Shown: positions 38,744-48,442 of the stretch, piece by piece
How positions within the stretch are numbered: the first letter of the stretch is position 1
Layout: each line of letters opens with the position of its first letter
Assembly (NCBI GenBank): GCA_029258835.1
Contig: JAPDJY010000076.1
Coordinates: 1-52,812 of the forward strand
Direction: 5' to 3'
From: Thermoproteota archaeon
GTDB lineage: Archaea > Asgardarchaeota > Jordiarchaeia > Jordiarchaeales > Freyrarchaeaceae
Length of the DNA: 52,812 bases
Notes under the pieces: model-generated
What the model was told of the DNA's origin: nothing
The model's database searches: none
What the model saw: only the letters and a program-made list of their open reading frames with translations
Program-made: the position numbers and the translations under genes

Positions 38744-39487
38744 CTAAGGAGGAGGCTGTTGAAAAATGATGCTTTTAAATTTTAAAGCGTCTTCTTTCAT
38801 GTAAACGTTATTGAACATTACGTATACACGTCCACTTAACCTTTTCACTTCTCCGGCAAGCCATGCTAGGTCGCTTTCAGTGTACTTATACCTGTAAAGT
38901 TTTTTTCCCGGTGGAGATCCGTGGAGCCTGAAGTATACTGTTTCGCTCTGCGTCGCCGGGAGAGTATTGAAAGGGTCGACTACGTGGAGTATTTTTAGCT
39001 CTTCGCAGAGAAGCTTAACAGTTTCCGGGCTCCATCCTCTAGGCTCCCATGCAAACTCGACCCCGTCAGAGATCGACGAGAAGAACTCTTTCATGTTCTT
39101 GATGTTCTCAGGGGTTTCCTTGAAACTACGTGGTGTCTGGAAAACGCATACTCTTGCCCCTAGAATAGTGCATGCTTCACGGGTTCTCTCCCATGCATCG
39201 AAGACTTCACGTGTAGGCTTAAAGAAGCCAACTTGTGAGGAAGCGTTAAGCTTTAACCCTGCCTTCCTGTAAGTTGGGGAAGAAGGAGGGTGGGTTATTA
39301 ACTGCCACGCCTTCACGGTGAACTCGAAGCCACTCGGGGCTGAGACACGCCAATTCCTAAGTGTTTCGGGTGAGGGGGGATTATAAAACGTTTTCTGAAC
39401 CTCGACAACCACAAAAAGTTCAAAGTATTTTTTCATGCCAATAGGGAAGCCGCAACACCCAACCAAAACCTCGGTCAAAGCGGACAC
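38744..39487 (-). CDS. DUF72 family protein
   Basis: VGCCGF, VEVQKTFY, FTVKAWQLITH, WEPRG, YFRLHG, VMFNN. Confidence 0.9.
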   Translation of the reverse strand: MSALTEVLVGCCGFPIGMKKYFELFVVVEVQKTFYNPPSPETLRNWRVSAPSGFEFTVKAWQLITHPPSSPTYRKAGLKLNASSQVGFFKPTREVFDAWERTREACTILGARVCVFQTPRSFKETPENIKNMKEFFSSISDGVEFAWEPRGWSPETVKLLCEELKILHVVDPFNTLPATQSETVYFRLHGSPPGKKLYRYKYTESDLAWLAGEVKRLSGRVYVMFNNVYMKEDALKFKSIIFQQPPP

Positions 39488-39552
39488 CGGCGTAGTATTA
39501 TTTAAAAAGGGAAAATTAAGGTTACGATGGCGCAGGGTGGGTGATGTAGTCC

Positions 39553-40992
39553 ATGAACTTGATGAACCTGAGAGCTATTTTCCAGCCTAAGACCATGTGT
39601 GTGGTTGGCGTCTCGCAGACAAATCCTCTGAACCCTGGGACAGTAATATACCAGAAGAACATGCACGAGATGAAGGTTGAAGTCTTCGGCGTGAATCCGA
39701 GAGGAGGGTTCTTAGAGGACCGCGAACTTTACAGGTCTGTGTCCGACGTGCCGAAGGACGTAGACTTAGCGGTGATCTGCGTGCGCGCGCCCATAGTTAA
39801 CGGGATAGTCAAGGAGTGCGGGGAGGCTGGCGTGAAGGGTGTCGTGGTGGTTTCAGGGGGGTTCGCAGAGGTCGGCGGGGAGGGCGTTGAAAGGCAGAGG
39901 GAACTCGCCGTAGTAGCGGAAAAGTATGATTTAGCGTTGATAGGGCCGAACTGTGTTGGCGTTTATAGTCCACCATACGTGGACACTTTTTTCCTTCCAA
40001 GCGAGAGGCTTGTAACGCCGCCTCCCGGAAGGGTTGCAGTGATAAGCCAGTCAGGAGGGGTACTCGTCGACCAGTTTTTCAGTAAATACGCTGAGAGGAA
40101 AATAGGGGTTTCAGCAGCGGTTAGCGTGGGGAACAAGGCGGTAGTAGACGAAACATTGCTTTTAGAATACTTTAAGGAGGACTCGAGGACTGGCATAGTG
40201 GCAGTTTACCTTGAAGGGTTTGAGGAGGGGGAGGGCGCTGCTTTCCTTAGGAAGGCTGCAGAGTGCTTTGCGAAGAAGCCGGTTATCGTCTTCAGGGCTG
40301 GGAAAACAGATTATGGGCGGCGTGCCACCATGAGCCACACCGGGTCCGTCATGGCGTCCCTGAACGTTGCCTCAGCGGCGTTTAAGCAGTGGGGGATAAT
40401 AGAGGTGGAGACGGAGTACGAGATAACGACGTTCAGTAAGGTATTGTCGTTCGAGTTACCCTCAATCCGTAATGGGAACGTTGTGATCCTGACGATCTCC
40501 GGTGGACATGGGGTTATATGTTCGGACCTGTGCGCTAGGTATGGGTTGAAGCTCGTGGAGTTCACGGAGGATGAGATGAAGGAGTTACAGGAGCTTTTGA
40601 ACCCCTCCGCCGCACCCATAGCATCGCTGAGAAACCCAATAGACCTTACTGGAAGCGTGGTTGATAGGGATGTTGAAAGGGTGCTTGAACGGCTGATGGA
40701 GATGGATAAGGTTGAGGCAGTCATACTTTTAATGCTGCCTTACCCTCCTACGATTACCATGCAGCTTGGGCGCAGGGCATCTAACATAGCTAGGAAGTAC
40801 AGGAAGCCTGTTGTAGCCTACGTGCCATGGGTTCAGAAGTACCAGATGATAGTGGAGGGGCTTGAACTTAACGGGGTGCCAGTTGGACACACAGTGGAGG
40901 AAGCCGTCCAGATGGTTAAGGCTTTAAAAATGAAGGGTGAAGCCGAGGAGAAGGTAAGGATGAGGATGACTGGAGAGCAAACGGCTCCTTAA
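39553..40992 (+). CDS. ADP-forming acyl-CoA synthetase alpha-subunit-like (second paralog)
   Basis: VVGVS, GPNCVG, SQSGG, SHTGS, NPIDLTG. Confidence 0.88.
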   Translation: MNLMNLRAIFQPKTMCVVGVSQTNPLNPGTVIYQKNMHEMKVEVFGVNPRGGFLEDRELYRSVSDVPKDVDLAVICVRAPIVNGIVKECGEAGVKGVVVVSGGFAEVGGEGVERQRELAVVAEKYDLALIGPNCVGVYSPPYVDTFFLPSERLVTPPPGRVAVISQSGGVLVDQFFSKYAERKIGVSAAVSVGNKAVVDETLLLEYFKEDSRTGIVAVYLEGFEEGEGAAFLRKAAECFAKKPVIVFRAGKTDYGRRATMSHTGSVMASLNVASAAFKQWGIIEVETEYEITTFSKVLSFELPSIRNGNVVILTISGGHGVICSDLCARYGLKLVEFTEDEMKELQELLNPSAAPIASLRNPIDLTGSVVDRDVERVLERLMEMDKVEAVILLMLPYPPTITMQLGRRASNIARKYRKPVVAYVPWVQKYQMIVEGLELNGVPVGHTVEEAVQMVKALKMKGEAEEKVRMRMTGEQTAP

Positions 40993-41137
40993 TGCTTAGC
41001 GTTCAGCCGAGGTTTTAAGTTGACGGAGTGCTGGTATTCCGACGTGAGGTGGCCGTAGCGCTCTCGATAAGTTCTTAAAGATTTCCTTAATTAAGACAAG
41101 AGTTACTGGGGGATTCTCGCTCTTAGAGGGGGAGAGC

Positions 41138-41905
41138 TTGAGGCGTTGTGCCCTAAGTTATTTGGCGTGTCCTCGCTGTGAAGGAGAGCTAAGCCTGATC
41201 GACTTCAACGAACATGGAGGGGAAGTAGTTTCCGGGGTGATTTCATGTGGTCGGTGCGGTAGAACTTACGTGAAGGAATGACTTACCCGATCTGACCGTA
41301 CATGAGCGGTTAACGGTTTCCAATAGGATTTCCACCCTAGCCTACAACATTTATGCCCCCTTTACGACCTAGTTGAGGGAGCCCCCGCCCGCCGTCTTTT
41401 TTTAAACGTGTCCGAACTGGAACTTAGAAGAGAGTTGGTGGATAGATTAAACCTACAGAGAGGCGACGTCGTGCTGGAGGTTGCCGTCGGAACAGGTGGA
41501 AACGTTCCGCTAATCAGGAGACGTACTCAGAACGTGATCTTCGGATTAGACCTTTCCGAGGGGATGCTAAGGCAGTGCTTGGATAAGGCGAATAAGCGGG
41601 AATGGGACTTAGAGCTGTGCTTGGGCAACGCCGAGTACCTGCCCTACAAGAGTGAGAGGTTTGACGCGCTGCTAAACTTTGGAGGGATGAGTTACTTCAA
41701 CGATAAGAGAAGGGCGCTTGAGGAGATGTACAGGGTCGTTAAACTAGGTGGGAATGTGGTCGTGGGGAGCAAGTAACCATTCTGGAGAAGATTCTGAGAA
41801 GGGATAAGCCGCCCTATGAGTTGATCCCAGGGGGACGCTGTAAACGTTAAGGTTGAACACGTTTTCAAGGGATACTTCTACGTAATGGAGTTTGAAAAAC
41901 CCTGA
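41138..41905 (+). pseudogene. Disrupted Trm112-like/UbiE-type SAM methyltransferase fusion
   Basis: LACPRCEGEL..SGVISCGRCGRTY then stop; frameshifted pieces NDLPDL..YNIYAP / YDLV..VLEVAVGTG..GLDLSEGML..GNAEYLPY; further stops before YFYVMEFEKP*. Confidence 0.75.
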
Positions 41906-42051
41906 CCACTCCGTGGAGGGAGCACGCTTGACTTTTACCTTTAAGGTTAAAGAGAGTTGTGTAGGCTGGCGACGCTGGATGAGAGACGGCAAAACTGATT
42001 TATATGCGATGGAGGCTTCAACTTGCCTAGAAAGGAATGTGAGGGGTTAAG

Positions 42052-42972
42052 TTGCCGGATGTTTACGTTATAGGGCATAGGGCTCCTGATACTGATTCGA
42101 TATGTTCAGCGATCGCGTATGCTAGGTTTAAGAGGGAGGTTGAAGGTGTTGACGCTGAAGCGGCTAGAGCGGACGAGTTAAACCCGGAGACAAAGTACGT
42201 TTTAGAGTATTTCGGCGTTGAGGAGCCGCCTCTCTTGGAGGACGCTTCAGGTAAGAAGCTGGTTCTTGTGGATCACAACGAGTTTTCCCAGGCTGTTAAG
42301 GGCGTTGAGAGAGCGGAAATAGTTGAGGTGTTGGACCATCACAGGATAGACTTCAAGTATCCTGAACCTATAAGATTTCACGTTGAGCCTGTTGGCTCAA
42401 CAGCCACGTTGATCGCAGAGAAGTACTTTGACCGTAAGGCGGACATTCCCAGGGAAGTGGCGGGGATGCTCCTTGCGGCTATCCTCTCGGACACCGTCGT
42501 CTTTAGGTCTGCTACGTGTACTCCTAGGGATAGGGATGTGGCGTTAAAGCTGGCTGAGATCGTCCAAGTCGACCCCGAGAAGTTCGGTGTGGAGATAAAG
42601 AAGGCGAAGGCGAGCCTTAAAGGGAAGACTGCCGCGGAGATACTGATGTCTGACTTTAAAGATTACGAGTTTGGGGGGGTTAAGGTAGGGATAGGGCAGG
42701 TTGAGGTGGTCGACCTCAGCGAGGCGCTGGAGAGGAAAAAGGAGATCCTTCAGGAGATGGAGAGGAAGCGAAGCGAGGAGGGCTACGGCCTCATCCTCAT
42801 GATGCTCACCGACATTATAAAGGAGGGAACGGAGCTTCTAGCCGTGGGGGATAAGCTGGACATCGTTGAAAAAGCATTCGGGAAGAGGGTGGAGGACGGC
42901 TCAGTTTACTTGGAGGGTGTAATGTCGAGGAAAAAGCAGGTAGTTCCCCCCGTGGAAAAAGCGTTTGGGTAG
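42052..42972 (+). CDS. ppaC: Mn-dependent inorganic pyrophosphatase (family II)
   Basis: GHRAPDTDS, LVDHNE, DHH, ILSDT, SRKKQVVP. Confidence 0.95.
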   Translation: MPDVYVIGHRAPDTDSICSAIAYARFKREVEGVDAEAARADELNPETKYVLEYFGVEEPPLLEDASGKKLVLVDHNEFSQAVKGVERAEIVEVLDHHRIDFKYPEPIRFHVEPVGSTATLIAEKYFDRKADIPREVAGMLLAAILSDTVVFRSATCTPRDRDVALKLAEIVQVDPEKFGVEIKKAKASLKGKTAAEILMSDFKDYEFGGVKVGIGQVEVVDLSEALERKKEILQEMERKRSEEGYGLILMMLTDIIKEGTELLAVGDKLDIVEKAFGKRVEDGSVYLEGVMSRKKQVVPPVEKAFG

Positions 42973-43136
42973 CCTCCTATCATTTAATTTTTATGGATTG
43001 CAACAGCACCCAACTCTTATTTTTTAGTCTCTTTTAGTTTTAGTTGTTTTCTCGGTATGCTGTTAGCGGGAACATATTTAAAGGTGAACTGTCGACAGTT
43101 CATTTATACGGGTAAATTGAACTGTTTGGTGGTCAC

Positions 43137-44408
43137 ATGCTTCTTGAAGCCTTAGAGGACTGGAACCCCTGGTGGAGTGAGGGTGAAGTCAGCGAGGATC
43201 TTAAAGGGGTAACACGCGACATACTTAGCACAGCATTAGAGTATGTTGAACTATCTAAGGTTAAGGTCGTTACTGGGATTAGGAGGTGTGGTAAAAGCAC
43301 GCTTCTCTACCAGATTATAGATAGCATTTTAACAGGGGAGGATGCTTGCAACGTGCTTCTCCTCAACTTCGACGACGTTAGACTGGCGTCTACACCCATA
43401 GAGGAAATATACAGGATGTATCTTGAGGAGTTAAGGCCCACTAACGTCTACCTTTTCTTGGACGAGGTTCACGGGGCATCCGGCTGGGTTAGCTTGGTTA
43501 GAAGGGTGACGGATCTAGGTAAAGCAAAAGTTTTTGTCACCGACTCATCGTCGTACTTTATCCCTTTAGATTACGCTAGGGTTTTAACAGGTAGGAAGAT
43601 ATCCCTTGAACTTTACCCCTTATCCTTCAGGGAGTTTTTAAGGTTTAAGGGTGTAGTGGAAAGAGCTGCTGGGACGGAGGGGCACGCGATACTTAGAGGG
43701 CACCTTAAAGAGTACATGGTTAAGGGGGGGTTTCCTGAGCCCTTCTTCCACTCAGAGAAGACGGCTAGGAGAATCCTGTTAGAGTACTTCGAGGACATAG
43801 TTGCAAGGGATGTAGTGAGCAGGTTCGGCGCAAACTACGGTAAAGTCAGAGATTTAGCCTACTACCTTATTTCGAACACGTCCCAGATGGTCACCTACCG
43901 GAAGCTTAGAGGTATCTTAGGGTTAGGGCTTGAGACCGTGCAGAACTACGTGAACTATCTTGAAAGCGTCTACTTGATTTTTAGGGTTCCAGCCTTCTCG
44001 GAGAAGGTTAAAAGCCAGCTCATGCTTCCTAAAAAGGTTTACGCGGTGGATACCGGGCTAGTTAACACGGTCGGATTTAAGATCTCTGAGAACATTGGAG
44101 CCATACTTGAGAACATAGTGTTCCTAGAATTGAAAAGGAGAGGATACGACATTTATTACCTGCCAACGGAAAAGAGGGAAGTGGATTTCGTAGCCAAGAG
44201 AGGAAGCGAGGTAAGGCTTATAAACGTGTGCTATGACCCATCAGACACGAACACGTTCAGAAGGGAGGTTGAAGGACTGATTGAAGGGCTGAGGTCAATC
44301 GGCCTGGCAAGAGGCGAAATAGTAACTTGGAACTACAGGGACAAAGTAAGAGTTAACAATAAGGAAGTGTTTTTCACCCCGGCAACCGAGTGGCTGCTCT
44401 CCAGCTAA
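43137..44408 (+). CDS. AAA_14/DUF4143 ATPase
   Basis: WNPWW, GIRRCGKS, FLDEV, GGFPE, KVYAVDTGL, EVDFV. Confidence 0.9.
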   Translation: MLLEALEDWNPWWSEGEVSEDLKGVTRDILSTALEYVELSKVKVVTGIRRCGKSTLLYQIIDSILTGEDACNVLLLNFDDVRLASTPIEEIYRMYLEELRPTNVYLFLDEVHGASGWVSLVRRVTDLGKAKVFVTDSSSYFIPLDYARVLTGRKISLELYPLSFREFLRFKGVVERAAGTEGHAILRGHLKEYMVKGGFPEPFFHSEKTARRILLEYFEDIVARDVVSRFGANYGKVRDLAYYLISNTSQMVTYRKLRGILGLGLETVQNYVNYLESVYLIFRVPAFSEKVKSQLMLPKKVYAVDTGLVNTVGFKISENIGAILENIVFLELKRRGYDIYYLPTEKREVDFVAKRGSEVRLINVCYDPSDTNTFRREVEGLIEGLRSIGLARGEIVTWNYRDKVRVNNKEVFFTPATEWLLSS

Positions 44409-44648
44409 CCAATATCCCGGATCATCAACTGCACTCTTACCAGCTACGTTATTCTAAGGTTCACTTCAGCTACTGGAGAACTACCAATCGTCTCAAGGCT
44501 TTACATGCGGCATTTTAGCTTCGGGTTTCTGCGCACGCTTCCAGTTCTCCTTCGTGAAGATTAATGAAACGGTAAAACCTAAACATTAGATACGATCAAA
44601 GGCTTACAAGGGATTAAAAGGAGGGGTTCCTCTAACATTTAGAGAGGG

Positions 44649-44948
44649 ATGCGTGTGAAGATCAAGGAGTTTCAAAGGTTAATGTATGAATTGTATTTTG
44701 AAAACGACTCTAGGAGAGGTGTTCTCGGAAACTTCGCTTGGCTTGTAAGTGAGGTAGGGGAGCTCGCACGCGCCATAAGGGAAGGAGACAAGGGAAAAAT
44801 TGAGGAGGAAATAGCAGACGTCTTAGCATGGCTTGCATCCCTAGCTAACGTTTTAGAGGTTGACATGGAGGAAGCAGCTACACGCAAATACCCGGGTAAG
44901 TGTCCACGATGCCTCCAGAACCCCTGCAAGTGCAAGTTCAGAACATAG
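44649..44948 (+). CDS. MazG-like nucleotide pyrophosphohydrolase
   Basis: SEVGELA, EEIADVLAWLASLAN, KYPGKCPRC..PCKC. Confidence 0.9.
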   Translation: MRVKIKEFQRLMYELYFENDSRRGVLGNFAWLVSEVGELARAIREGDKGKIEEEIADVLAWLASLANVLEVDMEEAATRKYPGKCPRCLQNPCKCKFRT

Positions 44949-45025
44949 CATAATTAAGTGACTCGCCTAGTAATTAAATTAAAGAAGTTCTACTTGATAT
45001 TCAAGTTGAGCTAGGAGGAGGTACT

Positions 45026-46768
45026 ATGGGACTTGAGTTTTTCGACTTAGAGTTTGGTGGTGAGGATAAGCGAATGGAGCTTAAGAGTGCGGTTGAAGAA
45101 ATAATAAAGCCTGGGTTTTTAATTCATCTGGGTGCGACGCATACTCTGCCCTATGCGGTGTGCTACGAGATTTCTAGGGTTTTCTGGGGGAGTAAGCCGG
45201 GGTTTAAGGTGGTCAGCGTCGGAGGCGGGTTAAACCTTCAACTCATGGTTTTCGGCGGCCTAGTGGACAAGATAATTACATCTTATGTTGGAGACTTCTA
45301 CCCTTCTCCATCCCCCTCACCGGTCATCCAGAAAAGTTACGTTGAGGGGAGAGTAGAGTACGAAAACTGGTCGCTTCTATCGATCTGCCAGATGCTGATG
45401 GCGGGGGCGTTAAACGTAGGGTTCATGCCGACAAACTCCATATCGGGGTCAAGCATGGAGGAAAACAGGGGGTTTAAGCAGATCGTAAACCCGTTTACAG
45501 GGAGGAAGCAGGGGGTTTTAAGAGAGCTTAAGCCAGATATATCGGTTTACCATGGATGGTGTGCGGATAAGGAAGGAAACACGATCGTGTTTAACCCGTC
45601 GGTTGAGGGAGTGGCCCTCTGGGGTGCTTACGCAAGCAAGAACGGGGTTATAGTAACTGTTGAAAAAATAGTTGACAGCGACTTTATAAGGAGACATTCT
45701 TACCTTGTAAAGATCCCCGGGTACCTTGTAAGGGCGGTTGTAGAGTTACCCTTTGGAGCTCATCCATCAGCCCTGTATGTGCCCGAGTCTTTCGGGGGAG
45801 GATACGCTGAAGACTACGACTTCATTGTGGAGTTTAGAGAGGCGGCTAGAAGGGAGGAAACCCTTGAAAAATGGATTGATGAGTGGGTGTTAGGCGTCGA
45901 CCACGAGAAGTACCTTGAAAAACTAGGTTTTGAAAGGCTATTATATTTGATGGGGAAGGCGAGGAGGAGTTCCTGGAGGTACGAGGCTAAAGGGAAAGAG
46001 GGGGAGGTATCGAGGAGCGAGGAGCCGTTAAGCGTTGAGCTAATGGTGCTTGTGGGGGCCAGAAAAATAGCTGAGAAATGCGTTGAGAAAGGCTACAGGG
46101 TTATTCTCGCGGGGATAGGTGACTCAAACCTTGCGGCGTGGATGGCCAATTACATGCTTAAGGAGAAGGGGTACCCTATTGAGCTGGTAGCAGAGATAGG
46201 CTTCTACGGGTACATGCCTCGGCCAGCCAGCCCCTTTGTCTTCAACATGGCAAACATCCCGACGTGTAAGGGGATACTAGGATCCATGCAGATCTTAGGT
46301 GCGGTCATGGGGCGGGAGGATAGTAGGAGCATAGGGGTTCTAGGGGCGGGGCAAGTAGACAAGCATGGAAACATAAACTCGACGGTGATACCGGGTTCAA
46401 TGTACCTTCTAGGGTCTGGTGGCGCCAACGACGTAGCCTCAACAGCTGAGGAGGTGGTTGTCATCATGAGGCATTCACCATTAAGGCTGGTTGAAAGGGT
46501 GCCCTACGTGACTGCACCCGGGGAGAAAGTGACGATGCTCGTAACGACGGAGGGAGTTTTCGAAAAAGTTGATGGGGAGCTAACCCTTACAGGGTACTTT
46601 CCAAAGCAGGGACAGAGCAAGGAGCAGATTATCGAGAGAATAAAGTCTGAAACAGGATGGAGGCTCAGGGTTTCTGAAGAGGTGAGAGAAGAGAAGCCCC
46701 CCACGCTGAGGGAGCTCATGATACTCAGATACTTCGACCCAGACCATAACTTCCTACGGGAGAAGTAG
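45026..46768 (+). CDS. Family I CoA-transferase, fused alpha+beta (glutaconate CoA-transferase-like)
   Basis: ADKEGN, PFGAHPS, LVAEIG (catalytic Glu position), GAGQVDKHGNINST, GSGGAND. Confidence 0.85.
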   Translation: MGLEFFDLEFGGEDKRMELKSAVEEIIKPGFLIHLGATHTLPYAVCYEISRVFWGSKPGFKVVSVGGGLNLQLMVFGGLVDKIITSYVGDFYPSPSPSPVIQKSYVEGRVEYENWSLLSICQMLMAGALNVGFMPTNSISGSSMEENRGFKQIVNPFTGRKQGVLRELKPDISVYHGWCADKEGNTIVFNPSVEGVALWGAYASKNGVIVTVEKIVDSDFIRRHSYLVKIPGYLVRAVVELPFGAHPSALYVPESFGGGYAEDYDFIVEFREAARREETLEKWIDEWVLGVDHEKYLEKLGFERLLYLMGKARRSSWRYEAKGKEGEVSRSEEPLSVELMVLVGARKIAEKCVEKGYRVILAGIGDSNLAAWMANYMLKEKGYPIELVAEIGFYGYMPRPASPFVFNMANIPTCKGILGSMQILGAVMGREDSRSIGVLGAGQVDKHGNINSTVIPGSMYLLGSGGANDVASTAEEVVVIMRHSPLRLVERVPYVTAPGEKVTMLVTTEGVFEKVDGELTLTGYFPKQGQSKEQIIERIKSETGWRLRVSEEVREEKPPTLRELMILRYFDPDHNFLREK

Positions 46769-46837
46769 CTGAAGAACGTCAAGAAAACCGTGTGGAGGAA
46801 CGTTTTCCTCTTTTTTGTTTTCTCATCTGTTGCCTCA

Positions 46838-47857
46838 TCAAGTATTTTTCATGATCAGTTTTCGAAGGTATTTTGCCGCCTCCTCTGGTAGAACGGTATT
46901 TATGATTATTCCAGTATTTAGTTCGAAACCGGCATAGGTTGAAAGCTTCGGGAGGATTCGCAGGTGCATGTGGTACTCCTCACGTGAGAGAGACTGGTGG
47001 AAAACGTAGTTGTAGGGGGGGTCGCCTAGCAGGTCGTGAAGCGCCTTCAACACTCTTCTAGCTAGGAGGGCGAAGGAGGCTCTTTCGCTTTCAGTTAGCT
47101 CGGCTATGTTTTTCACGTGCCTTTTTGGTGTAACCCATACTTCGAATGGAGCCGTAGACGCGTAGGGGCAGAAGGCAACAGCATCCCTGTTCTCGTCCAC
47201 AAACCTGTCGGAGCCCGCTTCATACTCTAAAACTTCATCGAGAATACATGAAGAACCATCCCAGCTCCTCCTGAACGAATTTGTCTCCTCTGATATTTTA
47301 GGCGGCACGATTGGGGTGGCAATTATCTGGGAGTGAGGGTGTGACAGGCTTGCACCAGCCATCCTGCCATGATTCCTGAAAAGGCTCACATATTTCACGT
47401 AAGGTACGGCTGCCAACGACCTAAACCTCTCAGCGTACACCCTGAAAACAAGGTTTAACTGGCGGTCATCAAGGGCGTGAACGTGAACTTCATGTCTCGG
47501 TGTTTCAACTATGACCTCATGCACTCCTGCCCCGCCGACGCAAACCCTAAAACCGTTGACGTGTTCAAGAGGCTTCACGTCAGGCCTTAAAGCAGGGTAA
47601 AGGTTCGGGATTACGCGGATCAGCCATCCCTTCAGCCTTTCACCATCACGGTCTGCCTTAACAGTTAACCTACCGTCTTCCTCCAAGTACAAGAATTTTG
47701 CGGGGGGAGTCATGTGCTCGTTTCCCGGGCAGAACGGGCAGGCGCCACTTGGAGGCTGCGACGCCTTCTCAACTTTAAAGTCCGAGGGGCGCATGCCCCT
47801 CTCCTTAGCTATTATCACCCACCTCTCAGCGAGGTAGTCGCGTCTCAGCTCGGTCAA
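46838..47857 (-). CDS. galT: Galactose-1-phosphate uridylyltransferase
   Basis: ELRRD, CPFCPGNE, PNLYPAL, GASLSHPHSQ, AGFEL. Confidence 0.92.
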   Translation of the reverse strand: MTELRRDYLAERWVIIAKERGMRPSDFKVEKASQPPSGACPFCPGNEHMTPPAKFLYLEEDGRLTVKADRDGERLKGWLIRVIPNLYPALRPDVKPLEHVNGFRVCVGGAGVHEVIVETPRHEVHVHALDDRQLNLVFRVYAERFRSLAAVPYVKYVSLFRNHGRMAGASLSHPHSQIIATPIVPPKISEETNSFRRSWDGSSCILDEVLEYEAGSDRFVDENRDAVAFCPYASTAPFEVWVTPKRHVKNIAELTESERASFALLARRVLKALHDLLGDPPYNYVFHQSLSREEYHMHLRILPKLSTYAGFELNTGIIINTVLPEEAAKYLRKLIMKNT

Positions 47858-47869
47858 CCGACCCCCCCT

Positions 47870-48112
47870 TTACAGTATTTTCTGAAGAACTAAGTAAGTA
47901 TTATATGCATTTTGAAGGTCGGTGAGCCATTTAGGCTGGTTAATAGGCTGCCCAAACAGGGCGAAGAGGACTATGCCTGCGGAAGCTGCTAGAAGGATTG
48001 CCGTCACCCTCCAATCCACGTTTCGGGGATTAAAGGGGTTTCCGTACGTCCTGTAAAGCCCTATGAAGATGAATACGACGATAAGCAGTAGGGTTAAAAC
48101 AACTAGGCTCAC
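47870..48112 (-). CDS. Small two-TM membrane protein
   Basis: Two hydrophobic segments; directly upstream of galT. Confidence 0.6.
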   Translation of the reverse strand: MSLVVLTLLLIVVFIFIGLYRTYGNPFNPRNVDWRVTAILLAASAGIVLFALFGQPINQPKWLTDLQNAYNTYLVLQKIL

Positions 48113-48237
48113 GCTTCCAGCCCTCCACGTTCAAAGCTACACTACCCTTACCCCTCTGCTTAATATTTACTTTTTCTTTTTCAGCTACGGCGGCCATAAG
48201 AGGTTCACAGGCACAAACACGCTTAAAATGAGGAAGA

Positions 48238-48435
48238 TTACAACTTGAGGAAACATTAGGTGCTCCTGTGGATCTGCACATCCTTAACGAGGCTCCTCCA
48301 CCTTCCAGCACCATGACATAACGGAAAAGGGAGGAAAAAGGGAGGAAATTTTGCTTTTCACAAGGCGAAGAAACCAGACTGAGTATGGTGGAGAAGACCG
48401 TTAAGAAGTGCTTTGACTTGAAGTGCTTAAGGGGA
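48238..48435 (+). pseudogene. Remnant of a minimal nucleotidyltransferase (MNT/MntA-like)
   Basis: LQLEETLGAPVDLHILNEAPP followed by frameshifted ..VEKTVKKCFDLK; no N-terminal GS/DxD part. Confidence 0.45.
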
Positions 48436-48442
48436 ACAGTTG

